A stretch of DNA of 64,000 nt from Escherichia coli (GCF_030013595.1 NZ_CP122768.1), one strand, 5' to 3'; counted from the stretch's first letter, positions 1 through 12,834 are shown. Numbers and translations are program-made. Notes: a model not told the origin generated them from the letters alone.

Positions 1-43
1 GTATACAAACTGTTTTAATCCGTAACTCAGGATGAGAAAAGAG

Positions 44-1252
44 ATGAATGAATTTCCGGTTGTTTTGGTTATTAACTGTGGTTCGTCTTCGATTAAGTTT
101 TCCGTACTCGATGCCAGCGACTGTGAAGTATTAATGTCAGGTATTGCCGACGGTATTAACTCGGAAAATGCATTCTTATCCGTAAATGGGGGAGAGCCAG
201 CACCGCTGGCTCACCACAGCTACGAAGGTGCATTGAAGGCAATTGCATTTGAACTGGAAAAACGGAATTTAAATGACAGTGTGGCCTTAATTGGCCACCG
301 CATCGCTCACGGCGGCAGTATTTTTACCGAGTCCGCCATTATTACCGATGAAGTCATTGATAATATCCGTCGCGTTTCTCCACTGGCACCCCTGCATAAT
401 TACGCCAATTTAAGTGGTATTGAATCGGCGCAGCAATTATTTCCGGGCGTAACTCAGGTAGCGGTATTTGATACCAGTTTCCACCAGACGATGGCTCCGG
501 AAGCTTATTTATACGGCCTGCCGTGGAAATATTATGAAGAGTTAGGTGTACGCCGTTATGGTTTCCACGGCACGTCGCACCGCTATGTTTCCCAGCGCGC
601 GCATTCTTTGCTGAATCTGGCGGAAGATGACTCCGGCCTGGTTGTGGCGCATCTTGGCAATGGCGCGTCAATCTGCGCAGTTCGCAACGGTCAGAGTGTT
701 GATACCTCAATGGGAATGACGCCGCTGGAAGGCTTGATGATGGGTACCCGCAGTGGTGATGTCGACTTCGGGGCGATGTCCTGGGTCGCCAGCCAAACCA
801 ACCAGAGCCTGGGTGACCTGGAACGCGTAGTGAATAAAGAGTCGGGATTATTAGGTATTTCCGGTCTTTCTTCGGATTTACGTGTTCTGGAAAAAGCCTG
901 GCATGAAGGTCACGAACGCGCGCAACTGGCAATTAAAACCTTTGTTCACCGAATTGCCCGTCATATTGCCGGACACGCAGCCTCATTACGTCGCCTGGAT
1001 GGAATTATATTCACCGGCGGAATAGGAGAGAATTCAAGTTTAATTCGTCGTCTGGTCATGGAACATTTGGCTGTATTAGGCGTAGAGATTGATACAGAAA
1101 TGAATAATCGCTCTAACTCCTGTGGAGAGCGAATTGTTTCCAGTGAAAATGCGCGTGTCATTTGCGCCGTTATCCCAACCAACGAAGAAAAAATGATTGC
1201 TTTGGATGCCATTCATTTAGGCAAAGTGAACGCGCCCGCAGAATTTGCATAA
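44..1252 (+). CDS. tdcD: propionate/acetate kinase TdcD
   Basis: ORF 32..1252. Protein recognised as TdcD, starting [19 protein letters not shown] at the internal ATG at 44 (402 aa). First gene of the collinear tdcDEFG block. Confidence 0.93.
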   Translation: MNEFPVVLVINCGSSSIKFSVLDASDCEVLMSGIADGINSENAFLSVNGGEPAPLAHHSYEGALKAIAFELEKRNLNDSVALIGHRIAHGGSIFTESAIITDEVIDNIRRVSPLAPLHNYANLSGIESAQQLFPGVTQVAVFDTSFHQTMAPEAYLYGLPWKYYEELGVRRYGFHGTSHRYVSQRAHSLLNLAEDDSGLVVAHLGNGASICAVRNGQSVDTSMGMTPLEGLMMGTRSGDVDFGAMSWVASQTNQSLGDLERVVNKESGLLGISGLSSDLRVLEKAWHEGHERAQLAIKTFVHRIARHIAGHAASLRRLDGIIFTGGIGENSSLIRRLVMEHLAVLGVEIDTEMNNRSNSCGERIVSSENARVICAVIPTNEEKMIALDAIHLGKVNAPAEFA

Positions 1253-1285
1253 TTTAGTTGAAGTATTGTAGAGAGATTATTTTTC

Positions 1286-3580
1286 ATGAAGGTAGATATT
1301 GATACCAGCGATAAGCTGTACGCCGACGCATGGCTTGGCTTTAAAGGTACGGACTGGAAAAACGAAATTAATGTCCGCGATTTTATTCAACATAACTATA
1401 CACCGTATGAAGGCGATGAATCTTTCCTCGCTGAAGCGACGCCAGCCACCACGGAATTGTGGGAAAAGGTGATGGAAGGCATTCGTATTGAAAACGCAAC
1501 CCACGCGCCGGTTGATTTCGATACCAATATTGCTACCACCATTACCGCTCATGATGCGGGATATATTAACCAGCCGCTGGAAAAAATTGTTGGCCTGCAA
1601 ACGGATGCGCCATTAAAGCGTGCGCTGCATCCGTTCGGTGGCATTAATATGATTAAAAGTTCATTCCACGCCTATGGCCGTGAAATGGACAGTGAATTTG
1701 AATATCTGTTTACCGATCTGCGTAAAACCCATAATCAGGGCGTATTTGATGTTTACTCACCGGATATGCTGCGCTGCCGTAAATCTGGCGTACTGACCGG
1801 TTTGCCAGATGGTTATGGCCGTGGGCGCATTATTGGTGACTACCGCCGCGTGGCGCTGTATGGCATTCGTTATCTGGTGCGTGAACGCGAACTGCAATTT
1901 GCCGATCTCCAGTCCCGTCTGGAAAAAGGCGAGGATCTGGAAGCCACTATCCGTCTGCGTGAGGAGCTGGCAGAGCATCGTCATGCGCTGTTGCAGATTC
2001 AGGAAATGGCGGCGAAATATGGCTTTGATATCTCTCGCCCGGCGCAGAATGCGCAGGAAGCGGTGCAGTGGCTCTACTTCGCTTACCTGGCGGCAGTGAA
2101 ATCACAGAACGGCGGCGCGATGTCGCTGGGTCGCACGGCATCGTTCCTCGATATCTACATTGAGCGCGACTTTAAAGCTGGCGTCCTCAATGAGCAGCAG
2201 GCACAGGAACTGATCGATCACTTCATCATGAAGATCCGTATGGTACGCTTCCTGCGTACACCGGAATTTGATTCGCTGTTCTCCGGCGACCCAATCTGGG
2301 CGACGGAAGTGATCGGCGGGATGGGGCTGGACGGTCGTACGCTGGTGACCAAAAACTCCTTCCGCTATTTGCACACCCTGCACACTATGGGGCCGGCACC
2401 GGAACCTAACCTGACCATTCTTTGGTCGGAAGAATTACCGATTGCCTTCAAAAAATATGCCGCGCAGGTGTCGATCGTCACCTCTTCCTTGCAGTATGAA
2501 AACGACGATCTGATGCGTACTGACTTCAACAGCGACGATTACGCGATTGCCTGCTGCGTCAGCCCAATGGTGATTGGTAAGCAGATGCAGTTCTTTGGTG
2601 CGCGCGCTAACCTGGCGAAAACACTGCTGTACGCAATTAACGGCGGGGTGGATGAGAAGCTGAAGATTCAGGTCGGGCCGAAAACAGCACCATTGATGGA
2701 CGACGTGCTGGACTACGACAAAGTGATGGACAGCCTCGATCATTTCATGGACTGGCTGGCAGTGCAGTACATCAGCGCGCTGAATATCATCCACTACATG
2801 CACGACAAGTACAGCTATGAAGCCTCGCTGATGGCGCTGCACGATCGTGATGTTTATCGCACGATGGCGTGCGGCATCGCGGGCCTGTCGGTGGCAACAG
2901 ACTCCCTGTCCGCTATCAAATATGCCCGCGTGAAACCAATCCGTGACGAAAACGGCCTGGCGGTGGATTTCGAAATCGACGGTGAATATCCGCAGTACGG
3001 CAACAACGACGAGCGCGTAGACAGCATTGCCTGCGATCTGGTTGAACGCTTTATGAAGAAAATTAAAGCGCTGCCAACCTATCGCAACGCCGTCCCTACC
3101 CAGTCGATTCTGACTATCACTTCTAACGTGGTGTACGGCCAGAAAACCGGTAACACGCCAGACGGTCGTCGTGCGGGTACACCGTTCGCACCGGGCGCTA
3201 ACCCGATGCACGGTCGTGACCGCAAAGGTGCGGTAGCCTCGCTGACGTCGGTGGCGAAACTGCCGTTCACCTACGCCAAAGACGGGATCTCGTACACCTT
3301 CTCGATCGTGCCTGCGGCGCTGGGCAAAGAAGATCCAGTACGTAAAACCAACCTTGTCGGCCTGCTGGATGGGTATTTCCACCACGAAGCGGATGTCGAA
3401 GGCGGTCAACACCTCAACGTCAACGTAATGAATAGGGAAATGCTGCTGGATGCCATCGAGCACCCGGAAAAATATCCTAACCTGACAATCCGTGTCTCTG
3501 GCTACGCCGTGCGCTTCAACGCACTGACCCGTGAACAGCAACAGGATGTTATTTCACGTACTTTTACCCAGGCGCTCTGA
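1286..3580 (+). CDS. tdcE: 2-ketobutyrate/pyruvate formate-lyase (glycyl radical enzyme)
   Basis: 764-aa ORF of the PFL family. The C-terminal glycyl-radical motif RVSGYAVRF is visible. Confidence 0.96.
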   Translation: MKVDIDTSDKLYADAWLGFKGTDWKNEINVRDFIQHNYTPYEGDESFLAEATPATTELWEKVMEGIRIENATHAPVDFDTNIATTITAHDAGYINQPLEKIVGLQTDAPLKRALHPFGGINMIKSSFHAYGREMDSEFEYLFTDLRKTHNQGVFDVYSPDMLRCRKSGVLTGLPDGYGRGRIIGDYRRVALYGIRYLVRERELQFADLQSRLEKGEDLEATIRLREELAEHRHALLQIQEMAAKYGFDISRPAQNAQEAVQWLYFAYLAAVKSQNGGAMSLGRTASFLDIYIERDFKAGVLNEQQAQELIDHFIMKIRMVRFLRTPEFDSLFSGDPIWATEVIGGMGLDGRTLVTKNSFRYLHTLHTMGPAPEPNLTILWSEELPIAFKKYAAQVSIVTSSLQYENDDLMRTDFNSDDYAIACCVSPMVIGKQMQFFGARANLAKTLLYAINGGVDEKLKIQVGPKTAPLMDDVLDYDKVMDSLDHFMDWLAVQYISALNIIHYMHDKYSYEASLMALHDRDVYRTMACGIAGLSVATDSLSAIKYARVKPIRDENGLAVDFEIDGEYPQYGNNDERVDSIACDLVERFMKKIKALPTYRNAVPTQSILTITSNVVYGQKTGNTPDGRRAGTPFAPGANPMHGRDRKGAVASLTSVAKLPFTYAKDGISYTFSIVPAALGKEDPVRKTNLVGLLDGYFHHEADVEGGQHLNVNVMNREMLLDAIEHPEKYPNLTIRVSGYAVRFNALTREQQQDVISRTFTQAL

Positions 3581-3593
3581 CGCCGGAGGATGT

Positions 3594-3983
3594 ATGAAAA
3601 AGATTATCGAAACGCAACGTGCCCCAGGCGCAATCGGCCCTTATGTTCAGGGCGTTGATTTAGGCAGCATGGTCTTCACCTCCGGGCAAATTCCGGTTTG
3701 CCCACAGACCGGTGAGATCCCGGCTGATGTGCAAGATCAGGCGCGTTTAAGTCTCGAAAACGTCAAAGCGATCGTGGTTGCTGCCGGGCTGAGCGTGGGC
3801 GATATCATCAAGATGACCGTGTTCATCACCGATCTGAATGATTTTGCCACCATCAACGAAGTCTATAAGCAGTTCTTCGATGAGCATCAGGCGACCTACC
3901 CGACCCGGAGCTGTGTACAGGTCGCGCGTTTGCCGAAAGATGTGAAGCTGGAAATTGAAGCCATCGCAGTACGTAGTGCGTAA
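3594..3983 (+). CDS. tdcF: RidA/YjgF-family enamine/imine deaminase TdcF
   Basis: 129 aa from MKKIIETQRAPGAIGPY, inside ORF 3531..3983. Confidence 0.93.
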   Translation: MKKIIETQRAPGAIGPYVQGVDLGSMVFTSGQIPVCPQTGEIPADVQDQARLSLENVKAIVVAAGLSVGDIIKMTVFITDLNDFATINEVYKQFFDEHQATYPTRSCVQVARLPKDVKLEIEAIAVRSA

Positions 3984-4054
3984 AGCCTCGTGAGCGGGAC
4001 GGTCGCAAGGTCGTTCCGCTCCACTTCACTGAACGGCAATCCGAGGGTATGGAT

Positions 4055-5419
4055 ATGATTAGTGCATTCGATATTTTCAAAATTGGGATTGGTCCCTCCA
4101 GTTCGCATACCGTGGGGCCAATGAATGCCGGAAAAAGTTTTATTGATCGGCTGGAAAGTAGCGGCTTATTAACCGCGACGAGCCATATTGTGGTCGATCT
4201 GTACGGGTCGTTGTCACTGACGGGCAAAGGCCATGCCACGGATGTCGCCATTATCATGGGACTGGCAGGAAACAGTCCGCAGGATGTTGTCATTGATGAG
4301 ATCCCTGCATTTATAGAGTTAGTAACGCGCAGCGGGCGGCTGCCAGTGGCATCTGGTGCGCATATTGTTGATTTTCCTGTAGCAAAGAACATTATCTTCC
4401 ATCCCGAAATGTTGCCTCGCCATGAGAACGGAATGCGGATCACTGCCTGGAAGGGACAGGAAGCGCTATTAAGTAAAACCTATTACTCTGTCGGCGGCGG
4501 GTTTATTGTCGAAGAAGAACACTTCGGCCTGTCGCACGATGTCGAAACGTCCGTACCTTACGATTTCCACTCAGCAGGTGAACTGCTGAAAATGTGTGAT
4601 TACAACGGCCTGTCTATATCTGGTCTGATGATGCACAACGAGCTGGCGCTGCGCAGCAAAGCGGAAATTGACGCCGGTTTTGCCCGTATCTGGCAAGTGA
4701 TGCATGACGGTATTGAACGCGGGATGAACACTGAAGGCGTGCTGCCTGGTCCGCTCAATGTGCCGCGTCGTGCCGTAGCGCTGCGTCGTCAGCTGGTTTC
4801 CAGCGATAACATCTCTAACGATCCGATGAATGTCATCGACTGGATCAATATGTACGCGCTGGCGGTTAGTGAAGAAAACGCAGCTGGCGGGCGCGTGGTG
4901 ACGGCACCGACTAACGGTGCGTGCGGCATTATTCCGGCAGTGCTGGCTTATTACGATAAGTTCCGTCGTCCGGTAAACGAGCGGTCAATTGCCCGCTATT
5001 TTCTGGCAGCGGGGGCTATTGGCGCGCTGTATAAAATGAACGCCTCCATCTCTGGCGCGGAAGTCGGCTGTCAGGGGGAGATTGGCGTGGCCTGTTCAAT
5101 GGCGGCGGCAGGGTTAACTGAACTCCTGGGCGGCAGTCCGGCGCAGGTGTGCAATGCGGCGGAAATCGCGATGGAGCATAACCTTGGGCTGACCTGCGAT
5201 CCGGTTGCCGGACAGGTACAAATCCCGTGCATTGAACGTAATGCCATTAATGCCGTGAAAGCAGTAAATGCCGCACGGATGGCGATGCGCCGCACCTCGG
5301 CACCGCGTGTTTCACTCGATAAAGTGATCGAGACGATGTATGAAACCGGCAAAGATATGAACGATAAATACCGCGAAACATCACGCGGAGGACTGGCCAT
5401 TAAAGTGGTCTGCGGCTGA
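4055..5419 (+). CDS. tdcG: L-serine dehydratase TdcG
   Basis: 454 aa from [23 protein letters not shown]. Single-chain alpha/beta serine dehydratase. Confidence 0.93.
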   Translation: MISAFDIFKIGIGPSSSHTVGPMNAGKSFIDRLESSGLLTATSHIVVDLYGSLSLTGKGHATDVAIIMGLAGNSPQDVVIDEIPAFIELVTRSGRLPVASGAHIVDFPVAKNIIFHPEMLPRHENGMRITAWKGQEALLSKTYYSVGGGFIVEEEHFGLSHDVETSVPYDFHSAGELLKMCDYNGLSISGLMMHNELALRSKAEIDAGFARIWQVMHDGIERGMNTEGVLPGPLNVPRRAVALRRQLVSSDNISNDPMNVIDWINMYALAVSEENAAGGRVVTAPTNGACGIIPAVLAYYDKFRRPVNERSIARYFLAAGAIGALYKMNASISGAEVGCQGEIGVACSMAAAGLTELLGGSPAQVCNAAEIAMEHNLGLTCDPVAGQVQIPCIERNAINAVKAVNAARMAMRRTSAPRVSLDKVIETMYETGKDMNDKYRETSRGGLAIKVVCG

Positions 5420-5443
5420 CATTACTGTCAGCTTTCATCCTTG

Positions 5444-5469
5444 GGTGCACAAATGTGCACCTTTTTTTT
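5444..5469 (+). terminator. intrinsic terminator after tdcG
   Basis: Stem GGTGCAC / GTGCACC with loop AAAT, followed by T8. Confidence 0.85.
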
Positions 5470-5693
5470 GTGATCTGCCGCAAATAGAGAATGAATATTC
5501 TCTTGCAGTTAATTTAGTAGAAAATTCTTATCCATCTCCGTTATTTCAAAGTCTTGATTGTGAAGATTTTCTCTGACCTCGCGCGTATCATTTCTTTATT
5601 CTAATAACTCGCCTGCAAAAACGTAGACTGCATATCGCCTTGATGCGGCTCGGAAAAAAATAATAAGCCCTACAAAATATTGAGCGAGAAATT

Positions 5694-7025
5694 ATGGAAA
5701 TTGCATCGAATAAAGGCGTCATTGCAGACGCTTCGACCCCGGCGGGTCGTGCTGGAATGAGTGAGAGCGAGTGGCGAGAAGCGATCAAATTCGACAGTAC
5801 TGACACCGGCTGGGTGATTATGAGTATCGGGATGGCGATTGGCGCGGGGATTGTTTTTCTCCCGGTGCAGGTCGGTTTGATGGGATTGTGGGTATTTTTG
5901 CTCTCATCGGTGATTGGTTACCCGGCAATGTATCTGTTTCAGCGGTTGTTTATTAATACGCTGGCAGAATCACCAGAATGTAAAGATTACCCGAGCGTCA
6001 TTAGCGGTTATTTAGGTAAAAACTGGGGCATCCTGTTAGGTGCGCTCTATTTCGTAATGCTGGTGATTTGGATGTTCGTCTATTCCACCGCCATCACCAA
6101 CGATAGTGCTTCCTATCTGCATACCTTCGGCGTGACGGAAGGGTTGCTGTCAGACAGTCCCTTTTATGGTCTGGTACTGATTTGCATTCTGGTGGCGATC
6201 TCTTCACGCGGCGAGAAATTGTTATTCAAAATTTCGACCGGCATGGTGCTGACCAAGCTGCTGGTGGTCGCTGCGCTGGGCGTGTCGATGGTGGGAATGT
6301 GGCATCTGTATAACGTCGGTTCGCTACCGCCGCTGGGGCTGCTGGTGAAAAACGCCATTATTACGCTGCCGTTTACCCTGACGTCGATTCTGTTTATCCA
6401 GACGTTAAGCCCGATGGTGATCTCTTATCGCTCGCGGGAAAAATCAATTGAAGTGGCGCGGCATAAAGCATTGCGGGCAATGAATATCGCGTTTGGCATT
6501 TTGTTTGTCACCGTCTTTTTCTACGCCGTGTCGTTCACGCTGGCGATGGGACATGACGAAGCGGTAAAAGCCTACGAGCAGAATATTTCCGCGTTGGCGA
6601 TTGCCGCACAGTTTATTAGCGGTGACGGCGCAGCGTGGGTGAAAGTGGTCAGCGTCATTCTCAATATCTTTGCTGTAATGACTGCATTCTTTGGCGTCTA
6701 TTTAGGCTTTCGCGAAGCAACGCAAGGGATCGTAATGAACATCCTGCGTCGCAAGATACCTGCCGAGAAGATTAACGAAAATCTCGTTCAGCGCGGCATC
6801 ATGATTTTCGCCATTTTGCTGGCCTGGAGCGCCATCGTACTGAACGCCCCGGTGTTGAGCTTCACCTCTATCTGTAGCCCGATTTTCGGCATGGTAGGGT
6901 GCCTGATCCCGGCGTGGCTGGTTTACAAAGTACCGGCATTGCACAAATACAAAGGGATGTCTCTGTACCTGATTATCGTCACTGGTTTGTTGCTTTGTGT
7001 TTCTCCGTTCCTGGCATTTTCTTGA
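5694..7025 (+). CDS. cyuP: SdaC/TdcC-like (HAAAP family) transporter YhaO/CyuP
   Basis: 443-aa multi-TM ORF recognised as YhaO. Synteny with cyuA. Confidence 0.9.
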   Translation: MEIASNKGVIADASTPAGRAGMSESEWREAIKFDSTDTGWVIMSIGMAIGAGIVFLPVQVGLMGLWVFLLSSVIGYPAMYLFQRLFINTLAESPECKDYPSVISGYLGKNWGILLGALYFVMLVIWMFVYSTAITNDSASYLHTFGVTEGLLSDSPFYGLVLICILVAISSRGEKLLFKISTGMVLTKLLVVAALGVSMVGMWHLYNVGSLPPLGLLVKNAIITLPFTLTSILFIQTLSPMVISYRSREKSIEVARHKALRAMNIAFGILFVTVFFYAVSFTLAMGHDEAVKAYEQNISALAIAAQFISGDGAAWVKVVSVILNIFAVMTAFFGVYLGFREATQGIVMNILRRKIPAEKINENLVQRGIMIFAILLAWSAIVLNAPVLSFTSICSPIFGMVGCLIPAWLVYKVPALHKYKGMSLYLIIVTGLLLCVSPFLAFS

Positions 7026-7052
7026 TTTACCTGAAATTTTAAGGTTTTTAAT

Positions 7053-8363
7053 ATGTTTGATTCGACTTTAAATCCGTTATGGCAGCGTTACATCCTCGCC
7101 GTTCAGGAGGAGGTAAAACCGGCGCTGGGGTGTACTGAACCGATTTCACTGGCGCTGGCAGCGGCGGTTGCTGCGGCTGAACTGGAAGGTCCGGTTGAAC
7201 GTGTAGAAGCCTGGGTTTCGCCAAATCTGATGAAGAACGGTCTGGGCGTCACCGTTCCCGGCACGGGAATGGTGGGGCTGCCGATTGCGGCGGCGCTGGG
7301 AGCGTTAGGTGGAAATGCTAACGCCGGGCTGGAAGTGCTGAAAGATGCAACTGCGCAGGCAATTGCCGATGCCAAAGCACTGCTGGCGGCGGGGAAAGTC
7401 TCAGTTAAGATCCAGGAACCTTGCGATGAAATCCTCTTCTCACGCGCCAAAGTCTGGAACGGTGAGAAGTGGGCGTGTGTCACCATTGTCGGCGGGCATA
7501 CCAACATTGTGCATATTGAGACGCACAATGGTGTGGTGTTTACCCAGCAGGCGTGTGTGACAGAGGGCGAGCAAGAGTCGCCGCTGACGGTGCTTTCCAG
7601 GACGACGCTGGCTGAGATCCTGAAGTTCGTCAATGAAGTCCCGTTTGCGGCGATCCGCTTTATTCTCGATTCTGCGAAGTTAAATTGTGCGTTATCGCAG
7701 GAAGGTTTGAGCGGTAACTGGGGGCTGCATATTGGTGCGACGCTGGAAAAACAGTGCGCGCGCGGTTTGCTGGCGAAAGATCTCTCTTCATCCATTGTGA
7801 TTCGTACCAGCGCGGCATCCGATGCGCGTATGGGCGGCGCTACGCTTCCGGCAATGAGTAACTCCGGCTCGGGTAACCAGGGGATCACTGCAACAATGCC
7901 TGTGGTGGTGGTAGCAGAACACTTCGGGGCCGATGATGAACGGCTGGCGCGAGCGCTGATGCTTTCGCATTTGAGCGCGATTTACATCCATAACCAGTTA
8001 CCGCGTTTGTCTGCGCTTTGTGCCGCAACGACCGCAGCAATGGGGGCCGCCGCCGGGATGGCATGGCTGGTGGATGGGCGTTATGAAACCATCTCGATGG
8101 CGATCAGCAGTATGATCGGCGATGTCAGCGGCATGATTTGCGATGGTGCGTCGAACAGCTGCGCGATGAAGGTTTCGACCAGTGCTTCGGCTGCGTGGAA
8201 AGCGGTGTTAATGGCGCTGGATGATACCGCAGTGACCGGCAATGAAGGGATTGTGGCGCATGATGTTGAGCAGTCGATTGCCAACCTGTGTGCGTTAGCA
8301 AGCCATTCGATGCAGCAAACGGATCGGCAGATTATCGAGATTATGGCGAGCAAGGCCAGATAA
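7053..8363 (+). CDS. cyuA: cysteine desulfidase YhaM/CyuA
   Basis: 436-aa ORF recognised as YhaM (UPF0597). Confidence 0.9.
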   Translation: MFDSTLNPLWQRYILAVQEEVKPALGCTEPISLALAAAVAAAELEGPVERVEAWVSPNLMKNGLGVTVPGTGMVGLPIAAALGALGGNANAGLEVLKDATAQAIADAKALLAAGKVSVKIQEPCDEILFSRAKVWNGEKWACVTIVGGHTNIVHIETHNGVVFTQQACVTEGEQESPLTVLSRTTLAEILKFVNEVPFAAIRFILDSAKLNCALSQEGLSGNWGLHIGATLEKQCARGLLAKDLSSSIVIRTSAASDARMGGATLPAMSNSGSGNQGITATMPVVVVAEHFGADDERLARALMLSHLSAIYIHNQLPRLSALCAATTAAMGAAAGMAWLVDGRYETISMAISSMIGDVSGMICDGASNSCAMKVSTSASAAWKAVLMALDDTAVTGNEGIVAHDVEQSIANLCALASHSMQQTDRQIIEIMASKAR

Positions 8364-8383
8364 ACGCCAGGTTTTGGGTAACG

Positions 8384-8402
8384 TGCCGGATGCGATGCTG
8401 GC
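8384..8402. repeat. left half of a REP palindromic unit split by the IS
   Basis: TGCCGGATGCGATGCTGGC. It continues as TGGCGCGTCTTATCTGGCCTAC at 9835. Confidence 0.8.
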
Positions 8403-8444
8403 TGAACTGCACCCCAAATGTTGGACATAATCTGACATCTGAAG

Positions 8445-8975
8445 GTGCAGTTTATGAAACATTCATTTGAAGTAAAACTTGCCGCTGTAAATCATTACCT
8501 GGCTGGTCATGCAGGCATCATTTCTACGGCAAAACTCTTTCAACTTTCTCACACCAGCCTCTCACACTGGATTAATCTTTTTCTTCTTCACGGTCCTCGT
8601 GCACTGGATTGCAGACACAAGCGTAGCTATTCTCCTGAAGATAAACTTTGCGTGGTTCTTTATGCTCTCGGGCATTCTGAGTCTCTACCCCGGGTAGCTG
8701 CCCGGTTTAACATTCCCAGCCACAACACGGTTAAAAACTGGATAAAAGGCTACCGCAAATCTGGTAATGAGGCCTTTATCAGGCGCAGGAAGGAGAAAAG
8801 CATGACCCGTTCTGATGATACCCATGAAAACGAGGCAAACATGACGCCGGAAGAGATGAAGAATGAGCTGCGTTATCTTCGCGCAGAAAATGCATATCTG
8901 AAAGCCATGCAGGAGCATCTCCTGGAAAAAAAGCGCCAGGAGCTGGAGAAAAAACGAAAGTCATCCGGAGCCTGA
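8445..8975 (+). CDS. IS3-family transposase OrfA (HTH, leucine-zipper-like C-terminus)
   Basis: 176-aa ORF. The coiled-coil-like C-terminus LRAENAYLKAMQEHLLEKKRQELEKK is typical of IS3 OrfA. Confidence 0.88.
   Translation: MQFMKHSFEVKLAAVNHYLAGHAGIISTAKLFQLSHTSLSHWINLFLLHGPRALDCRHKRSYSPEDKLCVVLYALGHSESLPRVAARFNIPSHNTVKNWIKGYRKSGNEAFIRRRKEKSMTRSDDTHENEANMTPEEMKNELRYLRAENAYLKAMQEHLLEKKRQELEKKRKSSGA
8927..8933 (+). other. programmed -1 ribosomal frameshift heptamer A AAA AAG
   Basis: The heptamer is in the orfA zero frame (codons AAA AAG). The -1 frame is open from here into orfB, reading KKAPGAGEKTKVIRSLRCGH...GLARSTLYYQL. Confidence 0.8.
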
Positions 8976-9079
8976 GGTGCGGACACTGCCAGTCTGACCT
9001 GTTAAAGGCTGCAGGGCTGGCCAGAAGCACGCTGTACTACCAGCTGTCACTGCAGAAGGCTAAGGACAAGTATGCTGAT

Positions 9080-9856
<777 letters not shown>

Positions 9857-9889
9857 GAATTGCACAATTTGTTGATGTTGTTGGGTTTT

Positions 9890-9924
<35 letters not shown>

Positions 9925-9931
9925 CCTGTCT

Positions 9932-10096
9932 TTACGCGGTAGCTTCATCCTCGGCTAAACGCGTTTCAGCATCCGCGACGATGGCTTCCAGCTCGCTCAA
10001 CATCTCTTCATAGCCAAAATTATTGGCGGTGCGAGCAGGTTCTTTCGCCACCACGGGCTTCACTGGCTGACGCTTTTTGGCCGATTTTTTACTCAT
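9932..10096 (-). CDS. yhaL: small protein YhaL (54 aa)
   Basis: Not in the ORF track (<60 aa). Manual translation gives MSKKSAKKRQPVKPVVAKEPARTANNFGYEEMLSELEAIVADAETRLAEDEATA with an upstream GGGAGA RBS. Confidence 0.8.
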   Translation of the reverse strand: MSKKSAKKRQPVKPVVAKEPARTANNFGYEEMLSELEAIVADAETRLAEDEATA

Positions 10097-10118
10097 CATC
10101 ATCTCCCTGTAAAAACAA

Positions 10119-10820
10119 CTAGACAGGCAAATCTATCAGCAAAGCGCGCAGTGGGGAATCGGCAACCAGCGTAATGTTAGCCTCGTCACGAATAAACGCC
10201 CCATCACCGCAGGTCAGCGCCGCTTTCTCTTCATGATGCGTAAGCGCATGAAATTTCCCGTGAATCGATTGCAAATACGCGCGTGGTCCATGCAACTGGA
10301 AATTCGCACTTTCGCCTTTGTCGAGCACGATATGGTGCAGCCACACTTGCTGGCGCAGTTGCAGGCTACCCACTGTGCCCTCTGGCGAGGCGATTAATTG
10401 CTGCTTGCCCATATTAAGCGCCAGTTTTTGAATCAGCGGATTCTCTCGCTGCGGGCAGGCATCCAGCCAAAGCTGCATTCGCGTTAACGGTTTGTCTTTG
10501 CTGAGATTGTGTTCACTATAGCTGACACCCGGCTGGGTAGAGAGCAGCAACGCCTCTCCGGCTCTGGCCTGAACATGATTGCCTTCGCTGTCGCGATACT
10601 CTGCTTCTCCATCCAGAATCACATTTAAAATATCGACTTTGGGATAGGTTCGCGGCTGAAAGGCGGCACCTGGGGCCAGCACTTCCTGGTTAAGCACGCG
10701 CAGGGAGGCATAGCCTAACAATTTCGGGTCGAAGTAGTGTCCAAAGGAAAAAGTATACCGGGCCTGCAACCATCCGTAGTCTGCTTGTCCACACTGCCTG
10801 GCAGTTCGGGTAGTAATCAT
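10119..10820 (-). CDS. yhaK: pirin-like bicupin protein YhaK
   Basis: 233-aa ORF recognised as YhaK. Confidence 0.9.
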   Translation of the reverse strand: MITTRTARQCGQADYGWLQARYTFSFGHYFDPKLLGYASLRVLNQEVLAPGAAFQPRTYPKVDILNVILDGEAEYRDSEGNHVQARAGEALLLSTQPGVSYSEHNLSKDKPLTRMQLWLDACPQRENPLIQKLALNMGKQQLIASPEGTVGSLQLRQQVWLHHIVLDKGESANFQLHGPRAYLQSIHGKFHALTHHEEKAALTCGDGAFIRDEANITLVADSPLRALLIDLPV

Positions 10821-10924
10821 AATTCTTGACCTCTCTTTACTTCCTTTTATGGTAAGGGGCTGGACGCTACATTGTTAGCCAGATATTCTGCCCGGTATGT
10901 TCAAATTTCCTGAATGAGAACGAA

Positions 10925-11821
10925 ATGGCCAAAGAAAGGGCATTAACGCTGGAAGCACTACGGGTTATGGATGCGATCGATCGCCGGGGCAGTTTTGCGG
11001 CGGCGGCGGATGAGCTGGGACGCGTGCCTTCCGCACTTAGCTACACCATGCAAAAACTGGAAGAAGAGCTGGATGTGGTGCTGTTTGACCGCTCGGGCCA
11101 TCGCACCAAATTCACCAATGTCGGGAGGATGTTGCTGGAGCGAGGGCGCGTTTTGCTGGAAGCCGCAGATAAACTGACTACTGATGCGGAAGCTCTCGCG
11201 CGCGGTTGGGAAACGCATCTCACCATTGTGACCGAAGCGCTGGTACCGACACCTGCCTTTTTCCCGTTAATCGATAAACTGGCGGCAAAAGCCAATACCC
11301 AACTGGCAATTATCACCGAAGTGCTGGCGGGGGCGTGGGAACGGCTGGAGCAGGGGCGGGCGGATATCGTTATCGCGCCGGATATGCATTTTCGTTCCTC
11401 GTCGGAGATCAACTCGCGCAAGCTCTATACGTTAATGAACGTCTACGTTGCCGCGCCTGATCACCCGATTCATCAGGAGCCGGAACCGTTATCTGAAGTG
11501 ACGCGCGTGAAATATCGTGGAATTGCGGTGGCGGATACCGCTCGTGAGCGCCCGGTATTGACCGTACAGCTACTGGACAAACAGCCGCGTTTAACGGTGA
11601 GCACGATTGAAGATAAACGTCAGGCATTACTGGCGGGGCTTGGCGTGGCGACGATGCCGTATCCGATGGTCGAAAAAGATATTGCGGAAGGGCGGTTGCG
11701 TGTCGTCAGCCCGGAATCGACCAGCGAGATCGATATTATTATGGCCTGGCGTCGTGACAGTATGGGGGAAGCGAAATCCTGGTGTCTGCGGGAAATTCCC
11801 AAACTTTTTAGCGGAAAATAA
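10925..11821 (+). CDS. yhaJ: LysR-family transcriptional regulator YhaJ
   Basis: 298 aa. N-terminal LysR HTH (SFAAAADELGRVPSALSYTMQKLE). Divergent from yhaK. Confidence 0.92.
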   Translation: MAKERALTLEALRVMDAIDRRGSFAAAADELGRVPSALSYTMQKLEEELDVVLFDRSGHRTKFTNVGRMLLERGRVLLEAADKLTTDAEALARGWETHLTIVTEALVPTPAFFPLIDKLAAKANTQLAIITEVLAGAWERLEQGRADIVIAPDMHFRSSSEINSRKLYTLMNVYVAAPDHPIHQEPEPLSEVTRVKYRGIAVADTARERPVLTVQLLDKQPRLTVSTIEDKRQALLAGLGVATMPYPMVEKDIAEGRLRVVSPESTSEIDIIMAWRRDSMGEAKSWCLREIPKLFSGK

Positions 11822-11843
11822 TGTTTGTTATTTTTAATAACAA

Positions 11844-11861
11844 GGGGCGAAATATCGCCCC
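11844..11861. terminator. hairpin between convergent yhaJ and yhaI
   Basis: GGGGCGA-AATA-TCGCCCC. Flanking A/T tracts are weak. Confidence 0.45.
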
Positions 11862-11871
11862 AATTCTAAGA

Positions 11872-12228
11872 TTAATTTGAACCAAACTTCGGATCGTTTC
11901 CGTAACGATTGCTGCCAGAATTGCCTTCTAAACAGGCAAATACAAACAGAACTAACCAGCCAATGACCGGTACCAGATAGAGAAGCGCCCACGCACCTGA
12001 ACGGTCAGTATCGTGCAGACGACGAACGCACAGAGCAATGACCGGAATGATTGTTGCTGCCAGGTAAATGAGAGAAAGGAATGGAAACTCTAAACCTAAA
12101 ATCAATTGAATGACATTGATAATAGCGCCGACGATGGCGTTAATCAGAGTAAACATCCAGTACTCTTTACGACGTGCGCGACCAGAGAAACCAACATAAT
12201 TTTTTAATACGGCTAAATACCACTGCAT
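11872..12228 (-). CDS. yhaI: DUF805 inner-membrane protein YhaI
   Basis: 118 aa, starting MQWYLAVLKNYVGFSGRARRKEYWMF. Confidence 0.9.
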   Translation of the reverse strand: MQWYLAVLKNYVGFSGRARRKEYWMFTLINAIVGAIINVIQLILGLEFPFLSLIYLAATIIPVIALCVRRLHDTDRSGAWALLYLVPVIGWLVLFVFACLEGNSGSNRYGNDPKFGSN

Positions 12229-12469
12229 AAAAACATCCCTTTAATTAAAAGTTGCGAAAGTCTATTCCGGGGATGGAGTAAATGCTATTCGTATCTTTCT
12301 TTTTCGGATGTTATAAAGCTTTTGATATTTAAGATAAATATATGGTTATTTTTTATAGGTAATTTATATAACGACATTGAAATATTTTAAATAAACATTA
12401 GTAAATTATTCATTCATCAACATGATGATAAAAGCCGGATGAGTCAGACATCCGGCGAGCAGATTTGTT

Positions 12470-12834
12470 TTAAGGTTCCAGTTTTGGATCTGGTCCAAAG
12501 CGGTTTTCGCCTGGCGTACCCGCCTGGCAGTTAAAGACGATGATAATAAGCCAGCCGATAAACGGGATTAAGAACAGCAGTGCCCACCACGCCGAGCGGT
12601 CGGTGTCGTGCAGGCGGCGGAACTGAACCGCCCACCACGGTAAAAACACCAGAATACCGTAGATTGTTGTCAGGATGCCTTCGCCACCAGCGCGTTGCCA
12701 GCCTAACATTTTATCCAGCAGCCCCAGCACGAACGTAAAGATGATGTTGACCAGAATAAACATCCAGTACTCTTTGCGCCGCGCACGACCCGGAAACCGA
12801 CATAATTTTTTAGTACTTTCAGATACCAGTCCAT
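12470..12834 (-). pseudogene. yhaH: yhaH (DUF805 paralog of yhaI) with an apparent 1-nt deletion frameshift
   Basis: The ATG at 12834 gives MDWYLKVLKNYVGFR, then goes out of frame. The 97-aa ORF 12470..12763 extended upstream reads GRARRKEYWMF. The span is 365 nt (366 minus 1). The C3 run at 12789-12791 is the likely site. Confidence 0.7.
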
